A DNA stretch of 63,446 bases, filler included, from Folioceros fuciformis (GCA_049999805.1; 11 parts of 11 records of this genome joined end to end with filler, not necessarily neighbours in it); one strand, 5' to 3'. Positions 36,841 to 49,395 are shown, counted from the whole stretch's first letter. Program-made: numbers and translations. Notes: a model not told the origin generated them from the sequence alone.

Positions 36841-39781
36841 ATGGCGTGCACAGTAGTTTGGTTTAGGAGAGATCTTCGGGTTGGAGACAATCCGGCGTTG
36901 ATTGCAGCAGCCAGAGCTGGGATTGTCATTCCTGTTTTTGTCTGGTCTCCGGAAGAAGAAGGACAGTTCCATCCTGGCCGTGTCTCCAGGTGGTGGCTCA
37001 AGCAGAGTTTGATCCACCTGGACATGTCCCTCAGGAGCTTGGGCTCACCGTTAATCATGCGTAAGTCTCACGATACTCTGGCAGTCTTAGTAGACGTAAT
37101 CCACGCAACCGGCGCCTCCCAGGTGTTCTACAATCATCTCTACGGTGAGTGCTGTTTGCCCACAAACTTGTCCCTGACCTGGTCGAACGAGAGGCCTTGG
37201 GGGCGGCCTCACAGTCCCTCATGTCTCTTTCTGCGTGCGTTAGGTTTACTTTCGTCGTGCTCTCCTGGTCTAGTTGCCATCCATGTGAGGGTGTGTGCAT
37301 CGTACATGGCTCTGTGTATGATGTCTTAGGAGGAAACACCCCTAAGTTTTGGTCCTTTGTTTCGCAGGTTTTTGCACTTTCGTGGTGTGGTGTCCGCAAA
37401 TTGTGTTGCAAATTGCCTGTGCAAACTTTTCAGCTGACTCTTTGTACGCAGATCCTGTTTCCCTTGTTAGGGACCACCGTGTCAAGCAAGGCCTTACACA
37501 GAACGGCATATCTGTGCACACATTCAATGGCGATCTACTTTACGAGCCTTGGGAAGTTTATGACGAGGAAGGCCAGGCATTTACCACGTACGACGCATAC
37601 TGGCAGAAGTGTCTAGCCATGCCATTCGAGCCCGAAGCTCCTCTTCTACCGCCCAAGCGAATTAGGGGCCCCACCTGTATGCCCTAAGCTGTCCTCACCA
37701 TGTCCTTTTCTTGTGCTAGGATACCTGAAGGATTCGTGTCTCGGCATGAAGCATCTGTTCATAAATTTTGTGTCCTCACTTTCTTGAACTTGGGGGATGA
37801 TTGTTTTTTCTTTGGTTGACTATGTTTTCTGCGTGTGAACTATATAGCCTTCGGTTTTGAAGTCTGCGACTATGACCACTTAAGAGCTCAGAGCTAACGA
37901 TTGCATGTCTTGGTTTCATATCCCTCCTCCGTTATCTGTACTTCAGGGGATGTCTCGAGCTGCTCTGCCGAAGAATTGGGGCTGGAGGATGATTTTGAGA
38001 AGAGCAGTAATGCACTTCTTGCTCGTGCATGGTCTCCTGGGTGGGCTAATGCTGACAAGGCGTTGGACGCCTTCCTCAGGGGCCCCCTTATGGAATATGC
38101 AGTGAACAGACAAAAGGCGGACAGCGCAACTACCTCACTTCTGTCACCTCACCTACACTTTGGGGAGGTGAGTGTACGAAAGCTGTTTCATGATGTGCAT
38201 ACTAAGCAGCTCATGTGGGCTGAAGACAGCATTTTGAGTAAACAGAGCGTGAGTTTTTTCCTAAGGGCAATAGGTTTTAGAGAGTATTCTAGATATCTTA
38301 GTTTCAATTTTCCTTTTACCCATGAGAGATCTCTCCTGGCCAATTTGAAATCTTTCCCTTGGCGGGTCGATGAGGGCTATTTCAAAGCTTGGAGGCAGGG
38401 TCGCACTGGGTATCCACTGGTAGATGCAGGTATGAGGGAGCTCTGGGCAACAGGTTGGCTTCACAACAGAATTCGGGTGGTTGTATCAAGCTTCTGCGTC
38501 AAATTCCTCCAGCTTCCTTGGAGGTGGGGAATGAAGTATTTCTGGGACACCCTGCTTGATGCAGACCTAGAATGTGATGTGCTTGGCTGGCAATATATTT
38601 CAGGCAGTCTGCCAGATGGTCATGAACTTGATCGAATGGAGAACCCTCAGGTGGGTTTATTGAATGGAGGTCTAGTTCTTTGTGCAGGTTCTGTTTGATC
38701 CCGTTTCTGGGGGAGACTAATGTTTGTGGTTAACTCTTCCCTTGATATTTGGTAGACTGAAGGCTACAGATTTGATCCTGAAGGTGAGTACGTCCGCCGC
38801 TGGTTACCAGAGCTTTCAAGGCTACCAACAGAGTGGATTCATCATCCGTGGGATGCACCCCCAAGTGTACTACGTGCTGCTGGGGTGGAGCTGGGCTCCA
38901 ACTATCCCAGGCCAATTGTGGAAATTTCAGCGGCTCGAGAACGCCTTCAGCAAGCGCTTGCAAAGATGTGGGAAAGAGAAGCTGCTGTAAAGGCAGCTCG
39001 GGCAAATGGGCCGGAGGAGGGTCTAGGAGAGACTTTTGAAGTTTTGGGGACAGGTGGTCCCGCGCATGAAAAGATGGATGTACATAGGGTCATTGTTAGA
39101 AATAAGGCTATTTCCTCAGGCAGTTCGCGGAGAGATCAAATGGTTCCAAGCATGCCCACGGAATCCCAACAAAAGGCCGCTGCTTCTATTCTCAATAGAA
39201 GTTCACCAGCTCCTGATGGAGGTGACCAGAGTAGCCATGCCCTTGTTGGGAGACCTCTCTCTGTCCCTCAAGGCGAAGGCATTACACAACATGAAGTACA
39301 GGGAACAAGATTAGCAGTTCCCTCTGCCCCACCAGCAGATAGTGATTTGGACTCAACGGCAGAGTCGTCATCGGCCGCAGGTGTTGGAGGGCAGTATCAT
39401 GATAGTAGCAGGGGTGGAACAGTTCCTGTTTGGTCTCCACCTCTATCTGGACGCCCCTGTCTGGCTGAGGAGGGTATTGTACCAGTTGTACCAGATGCCC
39501 GACGTGCAGTTATATCTAGGAGGCACATCCACCCTGTTCAGATGGTGAATCTGGAGGCGATGACTGCTACGAAGGTGAGAGGTTGGTCCATTTCTTGAAG
39601 ATATGGGTGAATGCAATGCAAGTCTCCTGGTCTCCTTTTTCCTATTGAAGTCGAGAGGAGCAAACATGGTCTTGTACAGAGGTGTGTAGTGGGCGTTACT
39701 CCATTTTCGGACGTTCTACAGCTGGGGTGGTGGGTTTGTTGCTCTTTGTGTTTGTGGCAGACGAGTTCACTTTCGGCTTAG
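36841..39781 (+). CDS. CRY: plant cryptochrome blue-light receptor
   Basis: PHR domain: VVWFRRDLRVGDNPAL, PGRVSRWWLKQSL, TSLLSPHLHFGE, WRQGRTGYPLVDAGMRELWATGW, LGWQYISG. C-terminal DAS motifs DQMVP, STAESSS and GGTVPVWSP. Exons 36841-37144, 37452-37676, 37947-38650, 38756-39574, and probably 39761-39781. Confidence 0.96.
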
Positions 39782-40389
39782 ACCTGTTGTTCACGGAGGA
39801 GACAGGATAACGTGGTGACTCAGCTGCAGCTCCATGGCAGTCCGACTTATTTGTTGTTGTGGCTGTTCCTGTGGGAAATTGGAGGGAATGGGGGCGAGGA
39901 GAAGGGGNNNNNNNNNNNNNNNNNNNNNNNNNNNNNNNNNNNNNNNNNNNNTTAATTAATTAANNNNNNNNNNNNNNNNNNNNNNNNNNNNNNNNNNNNN
40001 NNNNNNNCTTAGAGGATGGCATACACGAGCGTAAAAAACTTACACTTGGTGACACTAGCACGCTTGCAACTGTCCGGAAACAGTTACACCTCCCATCCTA
40101 CACGATGACAGGTACGCTGGATCTTGAATGGATCATGCTTGCTATTAGTCCGTTCGCCAAGTGGCCGTCCAAAGGTCCGGCATGTCTCCTTCTCCGAGGA
40201 GCTCAGATTTATTGGAAATAGCCCTTTATTCAAAAAAAAAAAACAAATATCCTGCTTCCTCTGGAGACAAGTCCAGCAAGCCACTAGAGTGTCACTTCGA
40301 TGATTTTTTTTGGCCTTGGCAAAGTTTCAACGAAAACCTCTCTCCTCAAATGTGGATATTCTCCTATGTAAGTCTACCACACATACATC

Positions 40390-41100
40390 CCCTTAGCCAT
40401 TGAGATTCATAGGGCTATGGACAAGGGTTTCACCAAGTTTGTCAAGGCATGTATCATGGCCTATCATACTTGCAGATTGGAGCTTGCCTTCCCTTTCTTA
40501 TATTGTTGCTTTCTTTAGGTATGAGATATTCATTGCTCTACAAAGGCTTATCGCTAATGCGCGATATAGGATGTTATTGAGTGTGTGAAGAGGCCCTTCT
40601 TTTGCTTCGATAGTGGGTAGGAGGCCTTTTGACATCCTTCATAATAGAATTCTCCAATAGTTCTAATTTCAATAGGTATGATCATAGAGGCTTGTCCCCT
40701 AGTTTAAATGCTCTTTACTAGGTTTTCGCCCCCTTTTTTAGGNNNNNNNNNNNNNNNNNNNNNNNNNNNNNNNNNNNNNNNNNNNNNNNNNNNNNNNNNN
40801 NNNNNNNNNNNNNNNNNNNNNNNNNNNNNNNNNNNNNNNNNNATGTTATCCTTAACCCTCTACGGTGGATAGTAGAGGGTTGTATAACAACTAAGGTCCA
40901 CAAATACTCCTTTATGTAGGAGAGGACTATGCCATTAAGACTCTAAAGGCCATGAGTAAAGGTTTTACCCAATTTGTTAACATATAAGCCAAGTCAACAA
41001 CTATAAAACTAGGGTTTGTCTTAACCTTTTTTTTATTATTTATTTTTTTAGTAGAGGATATCCATTTATTTACACAAGGCATTGGCCAATGTGGTGTATA
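40390..41100 (+). mobile_element. decayed CRE-family RLE-end fragments
   Basis: PLAIEIHRAMDKGFTKFVKAC...VAFFR..IFIALQR at 40390-40550, and a second similar piece at ~40930-41075, both resembling 3735-3895. Confidence 0.5.
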
Positions 41101-41500
41101 GAATGTCAATGAGCATGGAAGAAGGCCGATGGTAGCTAAGCCCTTCTACATCATTGATCTTAAAGTTCTTCTAAATGCTGGTGATATTGAGAGGTGATTG
41201 TGAGGTAATATTAAGAGGTGTTCTCCTTTTCTTTAGGGATTAATAAGTTTCTATCTCTTTTTTAAAATAAAGTCTCTTTTTTGGGTAAAATATTTCTATT
41301 AATTTGACTCAAGTTACAATTTATCCTTGAACTGATCTTGACATGTATAACTATCTTGTTACATGGGTTTTATTCACTTCATGTGATTGACATCCTAAGG
41401 ACTTAGAAAATCTCATCTTACTATCAATTTCATTTGCTTGGTTTCTTTCAGTAAAACTTCCTTTTTGCCACAACTTCTAGAAATAAAGAGAAAACAAAGC

Positions 41501-42298
41501 ATGGGCATGTTAGAAGATGAGCTAGAAGAGGCAGCACGTTTGGAGGAAGCAAGAAAAAAAAAGTTATTCGTGGATGCGCAAGTAAATCTCATTTTAAATG
41601 AGTTTATATGAATTTACTATACTCAAAATCATGGATTTAATGGTTTGTATGCAGTGTGAAGTTGAAGACACAGTGAAGAGAATAGATTCTCATAGAGGTA
41701 TAGGGTATCTAAGAAAATCCTCCATTAAACCATGAATGCGAGAAATAGTTTCCAACTTTCAATCTCATGCAATATTGACTACCCTCATGACTAATTTATA
41801 TGTGTAGGAATAGTTGGAACTATTGTTGCTAATTCTCTAGGAATATCCATTAAGGCAACTATGGACATTGTAACTGCTATGAAGGTATATTGATGTGCTA
41901 TGCTACAAAAGTGTATGGTTTCTTTTTTAGCTCCTTCTTACAAATAATTCATTATGTGAGCATTGTCTCTAATAAACTAGTTTTCTTACAACAGTTTGCA
42001 TCATTCTTGGTTCCCTTAGCTTTGAAAATGAAGACAATGACGCAAACAATTGATGTCAAGGTGTACAATATTTTTTTGTTAAAAGAATGATATATTATCT
42101 TGTAGTTAATCTAATTAAATATAATTGATTATTTCCCCACATCATTTGTGTAACATTTCTTGATGATATCAGGATGACTTGGTGTTGCTTCGTATTCGAA
42201 CCAAGTTGTATGAAATTGTTGTTACTCCTGACAATACTATAGAAGGGTATTTTCTTTTAATTGTACAAAAAGTAGTGAAACATGTAATGCATCTATAA
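41501..42298 (+). CDS. dynein light chain roadblock / LC7 (130 aa, five exons)
   Basis: Exons 41501-41581, 41655-41697, 41808-41884, 41995-42060 and 42173-42298 splice in frame via GT-AG introns: ...EVEDTVKRIDSHRGIVGTIVANSLGISIKATMD...FASFLVPLALKMKTMTQTIDVKDDLVLLRIRTKLYEIVVTPD...YFLLIVQ. This matches the roadblock consensus. Confidence 0.9.
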
Positions 42299-42599
42299 TC
42301 TACATCAAGGTGACTAAAGTAATGTGTTTTTTTTTTCCATAAATTTTTGAATCTATGTTAGGTATAAACTTCTAACTTAACTCTAGAAAAAACTTAAATT
42401 AAAATTTTAATAATTAGTACAAAAACTAAGAGCTAGAGTCTTCACATGGTATGAAAGTAGGTATACAATAATCAAGTGATAACTTAAAAGCATTTTCACA
42501 TATAACTCTTCTTGCATATCTCCAAAGCCTTAAGTATTATCTTTTAAATACTTTAAGTGTTGACTTTCTTTATAACATTTGAAACAAAAGGTATTTTTT

Positions 42600-42735
42600 T
42601 AATATTGAAAAAGAGATGAAAACTCCCATCTACTCCAAAGATTCAAGAAACAACCCGAGCAGAGCCAAAGACCAAAAGGGGTACCTACCCCTCCCCTTCG
42701 ATATCATTCTCAAAAAGTACCTATTGCTACCAATA
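42600..42735 (-). mobile_element. CRE-family 3' terminus fragment
   Basis: Aligns with 36171-36300 and with the reverse complement of ~3990-4115. Confidence 0.65.
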
Positions 42736-43629
42736 TGTTTTTATGTGGACAATTGATTCTACTTTTTTCATGCATTTTTCACATATGCAATATATAATAT
42801 ACAATATACTCCTCTAAGTTTTCAATAAGGAAAGAGATAGGCAAAGGAGACATAATGATTAACAGTTAAGAAAAAGGAACTAACCTTTGTTTTAAAACAA
42901 AGTCAAAACCTATAGAATCTACAATAATAAGATATGATATGATACATATATCATATCATATTCTATTATATCCTATTATATCACATTACATCATATGACC
43001 CGGCATTATGAGACCTACATGCCAAAATATAATATATAATTTTTCTACATAAAATATACAAATTAAATAACCTAATATTATATGACCTTGAAAGTCATAA
43101 TTCCTAACCAAANNNNNNNNNNNNNNNNNNNNNNNNNNNNNNNNNNNNNNNNNNNNTTAATTAATTAANNNNNNNNNNNNNNNNNNNNNNNNNNNNNNNN
43201 NNNNNNNNNNNNCCTCACTTCTTGCACAGGTTGGCCGGTTGACACATCCTCACAGCACCCCCAGGCTTTGTTAGGGAGCCCCGTATCCAAAGTGGAAATA
43301 AATCTATATCGATAGACTATTTGTTCAACCGCAAAGCGAGAAGCACGCTTTTTCCTTTTTGGGACGATTTGAAAATATATTAATATCTCATTAAAGAACA
43401 ATCCAGTGGTAGAATAACATTGCAATAAGAAAATATTTTGTTCATCAACTAAACTATGATAAGCTAAATTTTAAATAAAATAAATATGTATCACTCAATT
43501 AATATTATTGATGAAAATCTATGAACCAAGACTAAACATTAATTATTTATTTACTTAATTTAGTTAAACACCACTAATTCTATACAATAGAGAGTCACAT
43601 AATGTTCAATATGTGACTATCAAATGAAA

Positions 43630-44168
43630 GCAGTGAGCGGTGTGGAGCAAGGGAGAGGCGTTGGCGTAGAGTAGAGGGACGTTGAGCGACAGGCAAGGAG
43701 TGCTGTAGAGCAAAGTAGTGAGGGATGTGGAGGGAGTGGTATGGGCACAGAGTAGAGGGATATTGAGCAACACGTGTAGAAGTGTGCTAGAGCAAAGTAG
43801 CGTGGAGCGATAGACAGGCAAGGAGTGCTGTAGAGCAAAGTAGTGAACGATATGGAGGGAGAGGTGTGAACACAGAGTAGAGGGATGTTGAGCAACATGC
43901 GTAGAAGTGCGCTAGAGCAAAGTAGTGTGGAGCGATGGACATGAGGAGCATCTAGCTCAAAGTAGTGTGGAGCGATGGACATGAGGGGTAGAGGAGAATG
44001 AGCAATGTGATGGTATGTTGTAGAAGCAATATAAATCAACAACAGGAGTGATGTAGGGGTGGAGTAGAATGATTGTAGGAATGGAATAGCCGATCAAAAT
44101 GGTATAGCGACATGGTGGAGTAAGCAATAGCCGATCAAAATGGTATAGCGACATGGTGGAGTAAGCAA
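43630..44168 (+). repeat. complex minisatellite (~125-bp unit plus 41-bp duplication)
   Basis: ACAGGCAAGGAGTGCTGTAGAGCAAAGTAGTGA at 43689 and 43814; AATAGCCGATCAAAATGGTATAGCGACATGGTGGAGTAAGC twice at ~44085-44166. Confidence 0.85.
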
Positions 44169-44560
44169 TTAGGGTTTAGGGTTTAACAACATGGTAGAGC
44201 AAAATCAGATTAGGGCTTAGTGGCATAGCATAGTAGAATGAGATTAGGATTTAGCGGCATAGTGGAGCAAAATAGGTTTAGAGTTTGTCGGCATTTAGCA
44301 ACATGGTAGAGCAAAATGATATTAGGGTTTAGCAGCATAGCAGAGTATAATGAGATTAGGATTTTGCGGCATAGTGAAGCAAAATAGGTTTAGGGTTTAG
44401 CGGCATTTAGCGACATGGTAGAGCAGAATGAGATTAGGGTTTAGTAACATAGCAAGAGTAGTATAAGATTAGGGTTTAGCGACATAGCGGAGCAGAATAG
44501 GTTTAGGGTTTAACAGCATGGTCGAGCAAAATGGGTTTAGTGTAGCGTTATAGTGCAGCA
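44169..44560 (+). repeat. telomere-motif-containing satellite (~115-bp higher-order unit x3, ~35-40-bp subunits)
   Basis: Each subunit carries TTAGGGTTTAG or a variant (TTAGGGCTTAG, TTAGGATTTAG, TAGGTTTAGGGTTTAG) alternating with ACATGGTAGAGCAAAAT-like spacers. Confidence 0.85.
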
Positions 44561-44702
44561 TAATGGCATAGAGTGGAGCATATGGAGAGCATCATAGGTT
44601 TACAGATTTCAACGAGGAGTACAATTGTTTGGTTTAGATCTTTTTATAGGACTTTCCACATGCCTCTATCATATAGTTTGTGACACCCAACTTTTACTTC
44701 TC

Positions 44703-44773
44703 AAGGACACCCCTTGCTTAGAGTGAGAAGGACACCCCTTGCCTAGAGTGAGAAGGACACCCCTTGCCTAGAG
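44703..44773 (+). repeat. 25-bp tandem repeat x3
   Basis: AAGGACACCCCTTGCCTAGAGTGAG repeated. Confidence 0.9.
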
Positions 44774-44799
44774 CATTCTAAAATTTGTTCTAAGGTCAA

Positions 44800-47130
44800 A
44801 GGGGTGAAATGCCATATTGCTCATAAGCATAAAGACTTCAAGATGACCAATTAGGTAGCACAAGTGCGACTTGATTCTTCTTATGAACCAACTGCTAATC
44901 CTCTTCCAACCTAAGGCTATCCCCAAAGGCTTGGTTATGGCTTCGAAGGCAATCTAATCACTTGTTGGCTTTTTTCCATGCTCGTTTTCCATGTCCTCAT
45001 CCAACCTCTTCCTAGGCGCCTACATTATGATATTCGCCTTGCTTATCATCTTTCCTTGGATTGCTTTGCTTGGGACTTGAGGGAAGAGGATGCTTGGATT
45101 TTGTTCCTTTCCCTCCCTAGATGGTGCCCTCAACACTCTAGAGGTGGTGCTTTAAGTCATAGGGAGATGGCTTCTCGACTTCGTCATTTTCGGTCTAGAG
45201 ATTGGCAAGTTCTTGAGAAGGAGGATCTACTAGCAACAAAATCTCATTTGGAGTGAGCTAAGGTTGACAAGGTTTGTCATGACCCTTTAAAGTACGTCTC
45301 AAGCGGTGTCTTATGTTGGGCAAGGGTGGTGAATATGCTTAGGCTGCTAGAGCATTGCACCAAAGCCAGCAGCATCTGCAACTGAGGACACTGGTGCACT
45401 TCATGCCTTTCACCCAGAAGCTCATGACACTATACTGCAAAATCTTCTTGACCACACAATCGAGGAGCCTTTTTGCTTGGATAAGGTTGTTTTTGGTCAT
45501 ACAAAATCTTCCACGCCACGACTTTCTTTAGGGGATTTGTCTAGCATAATTTATGATCATTTTCAAGATTATTTTCTCTTGAGGATCCTTCAAGTGGTTT
45601 TTCATAGCTTTATACACTAGTGGCTTCTGTGGCTAGGGATGAAGTTTCCAATCGAATCTCTTAAGTTTCGGCGGCTAATAGGCTGTTAGAGTTGGAAAAG
45701 CCCGGATTAGAAGTGCGTCCTATTGCCGTGGGGGAGGTGGTTTTACATGTTATTCGCCGTACTATCACAATTCAACTTCAAGAGCATCTTGCACCCCACT
45801 AATTTGGGATTGCTATCCTAGGTGGGTGTGAATCTACTGCCCTTGGCANNNNNNNNNNNNNNNNNNNNNNNNNNNNNNNNNNNNNNNNNNNNNNNNNNNN
45901 NNNNNNNNNNNNNNNNNNNNNNNNNNNNNNNNNNNNNNNNNNNNNNNNTTACTAGGTAGCTTTGCAGGTTAATATTGAGAATGCTTCCAACACTATCTCC
46001 TTGGTCGCCATCTTCTCAGAGCTCAAGAGTGTAGAAGGTCAATTGGCTCTTCTTATCCCTTTTGTTCCCTCCTTTTATGGCTTGTCATCCAAGCTCCTAC
46101 AATGGGGATCAATCAAGGGTCCGCTAGCAATGACTTCGAGTCTTGGGTGTTCTTGTGGGACTTCTTGATTTTGTTCATAGGTTTGTGGATGTAGCGTTGA
46201 ATGAAGATTTGGCTCATATCTTAGACCTCTCACAAATCGGTGATCCTTAGATTGCGTGTAGTATTCTTTCTTCCTATTTGCGTAGTGACCAGGTTACCTC
46301 ACTAGAACTATTGCACCTTCTCTAGTTTTCTTATGAAGTCTCAAGAAGTTCGACAATCAAGTTATGCAGACTCTTGGGACCATCACAGGTCCCAGTATCT
46401 TTGAGTGTGCTGTTGGTGATTTGGCTTGGAAGTAGGCTTCCTTGCTAGATCGTCTTTGCACGGGTTGGCTTGTCGCCATGGAGGCCTTTGTCTTTCTCAG
46501 TAGTTGGGCCCTCTCAGCTCCAATATTGGCCTATCATTTTTTGCTGCGATTCCCTTTTTCTTGAAGGTTTTATTTCAAGCATTAAGGAGGGCATTTTCCC
46601 TTTACAAGTATCTCTTAGGCAATCGAGGGACTCTTTACCTTTGGAGGCTCGTGATGTTCTACCTTCTTTCATCTTCTTCTCCAAAGAAAGGTTGAGGGGT
46701 CTCCAAGCCTCCCTCTTTGAAAAGCAATATGGCCAAGCACTAAGAGCCCTTCTTTCGGAGTCATCCATCCCTAGGTCTTCTTGGGCTCGTATTCGCTCTT
46801 GTTGAGGTAGAGGAGCGGGCTCTTAGTTTTTGGCTCGACCTTGCATCCAGGCGTTTCAAATCACATCAGCAACTTTCGCTACCATGATGAGATTTCGCTT
46901 AGGTTTGGCCCACCCCTTGGCTTGTCCTCTCTCTACATGCACTTGTGGAATTGCCATTGTTGATGTCAGGTCCCATCCGGCACGCTGTCCCGTTGGGGGC
47001 ACCGCATTGCCACCCATGATGCAATTCAAGATGTCATGTTGCGAATGGCTATGGAGTGGGGGTTTCTTTCGCCCGATTTTTTTTCACTTGGGGGAACAGG
47101 TTCGTGTTATTGATGTGGTCACACCAGTGC
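44800..47130 (+). mobile_element. CRE-clade (RLE) non-LTR retrotransposon, most complete copy, decayed
   Basis: FLSLPRWC..SRGG..RLRHF..DWQ.L; GGEYA.AARAL; LHA/FHP; LEKPGLEVRPIAVGEVV; APH*FGIAILGGCES; LQVNIENASNTIS; ARIRSC*GRGAGS..ARPCI; RFRLGLAHP..CTCG..H..RC..HDAIQDV. This motif order is typical of CRE/SLACS-like RT plus zinc knuckle. Confidence 0.8.
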
Positions 47131-48499
47131 CACAGTCAGTGGATATGATGCCACCATATGTATGGCCTTCCTACAATAAGCGCATCAGTGATGTGGAACA
47201 AATTGGTGAGGCTCATGTACATGTCCCATGAAAAGGCCTAGCCTCTCCCCCGCACCTCCTCCTCCCCTCCCCTGCAAAACAATCAAGAGCACTAGTTGAC
47301 AGCTTTAAGGTTTGCTTGAGAGCATACGTGGTAGAGCAGGTTGTAGAGTCATGATCTAAAGGTGATTTGATCTCGGGGGTGAGGCTACATGAATAAAAAA
47401 GATGAACATGTGTAAGGTGCTCAACAAATGAGGGTGGTGACCAATGTCCAAAGCTCAGCACATTCAGAAAGCAGCACACTGATCTCTCCACCCGTACATC
47501 AAATGCATGGTAAAAGAGGCACGGAAATTCGAATGGCTGGTGGCCATCGGATTTGGCTTCACAAGCCCAGCACTATGGTTGGGGAAGATGAGCAAATTAG
47601 CCGCTCCGCGGAGGTCGCCCATTCCTATACATCTAGGGCAACGTGTTTCCCTGTGTGAAAGGGTGAGGATGAGGAATCTCCCATATGCTGTTGTTCAAGA
47701 CCTGGGTCGAAGCCTCAAGTGGGGCGATCCCCTGCTGTTCTTGAGCCAAGCGAGTGATTGCCATGAGAAAACATGAGTCCTCGGCAACGTTCCACTGCTG
47801 CGTGTCCTATCCTGACCTATGCATTTACGGCCGGTCGCTCATATGCAGACTGATCCCACCGGCCTGACCTACTTACCTTTGTCATTACTTATTAATGTGG
47901 GCAGGGCCCAAGAAGGCAGTATAGAAGCGTCGAGTGGTTTACTGGGTAGCTTGTCGGTTAAATTCAGCCTCCTGTGAGATCACAGATTCAGCTTCAGTAG
48001 TTTTGAGAGTCCCTGATGTTCGGGTCCTTTTATCCCTCATTATTGCATGGGACAGATCCCTCAGCTGCAGTTCTCACTTAGCGTGTTGCCTCCGGTCTGC
48101 GGACCAGATAGGTTTTTTGGTTGAGGACTCCTGGTCTCAATAGCGACAGTGGCGTGAGGCCTGTTCCATCTTTTGTCCAGGCTATAAGAGCATCGCTATC
48201 CTTCCCCAATGCCAGCCATCACCCTTTATTCTTCATTGGTGTGCGCCTCGATCATCCTGCACAGCCAGCCCTAGCCATACCTTGAAGCCTGTGCGTTGTC
48301 GCTGACGAGTGTTTCGTGTTTGCTTGTTTGGTAATGGAGCCTTCGCCTGATCATTTCCCTCTTTTCTTGAAAACGTTCTGGCATCTGCATCTGCGTCCAT
48401 TGCCAGAGTCTTTGGCGCTGCGCAGGATGGATCCACTGCTCTCTTACCTTGTTGTACATCACTTTCGCCAACTTGTTGATCGGGCCGTTTCGTTGTTGC

Positions 48500-48760
48500 G
48501 CTGTCTTGCTAACTGGTTGTTCCCTTTTGTTGCTGCGCTGCCTTGTTAATTGGTTGATCCGTTTTGTTGCTGCGCTGCCTTGTTTATTGGTTGATCCGTT
48601 TTGTTGCTGCGCTGCCTTGTTTATTGGTTGATCCGTTTTGTTGCTGCGCTGCCTTGCTGTTCCTTTTGCTGCGTTGCCTTGCTAACTGGTTGATCCGTTC
48701 TGTTGCTACGCTGCCTTGCTGTTAGTTTCAGCTGAGGGTTGATCCGGTTTGTTGTTGTGC
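48500..48760 (+). repeat. ~36-bp tandem repeat, about six to seven copies
   Basis: TTGGTTGATCCGTTTTGTTGCTGCGCTGCCTTGTTTA units with variants. Confidence 0.9.
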
Positions 48761-49289
48761 AGAGTGCTAGCTTTGCTTTTGGTTTTCACCTAAGGTAATC
48801 CATTGTGTCGGCTGTGGTGATTGCAGGTGCTTAGAGAGTGCGATCGCAAGATCAGGGCGACCATCCCAGCAGCTACCAATACGGCTGGTGCCTGTGGTCA
48901 ATAACGGAGCGCGTATTCTCCGCTCCAAGCCGCCTCCGTTGGAACTCTCGGCGGGAGCAAAAGGTTTCCACCCTGAATGGCTTACCCTTGAGCTGCCCAC
49001 GGGAGCAATGGTTGGCTTGTCTAATGGACTCCCTGCAGTGGAGATGCATATGGTGAGGCTAGTATCTTCACTATGGCCCGCATCTCCCGTATCACCCAAC
49101 AAGGGAGGTCCGGCTAGCGAACCGCGTGACCTGGATAATTACCTGGGGCAGTCTAGCTATTACCTTAACTACGACGGCCTCCTCCTCGAACCACGTGAGC
49201 TATCGACAAGTTTAAGGCGAGATGGCTATCCTCTGAACCCAGTTGAACAATCCCGTCCTCCTCGTGCTCCCCAGTCTCCAACTGAGCCG

Positions 49290-49395
49290 TAAGAGGAGGA
49301 GGCCCTGCTCCTGTCTCCAGCTGATCCTCAAGAGGAGGAGGTCCTGCTCCTGTCTCCACCTGATCCCCTAGAGGAGGCCCTGCTCCTGTCCTGCC
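49290..49395 (+). repeat. 39-bp tandem repeat x3
   Basis: AGAGGAGGAGGCCCTGCTCCTGTCTCCA.CTGATCC repeated. Confidence 0.8.
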
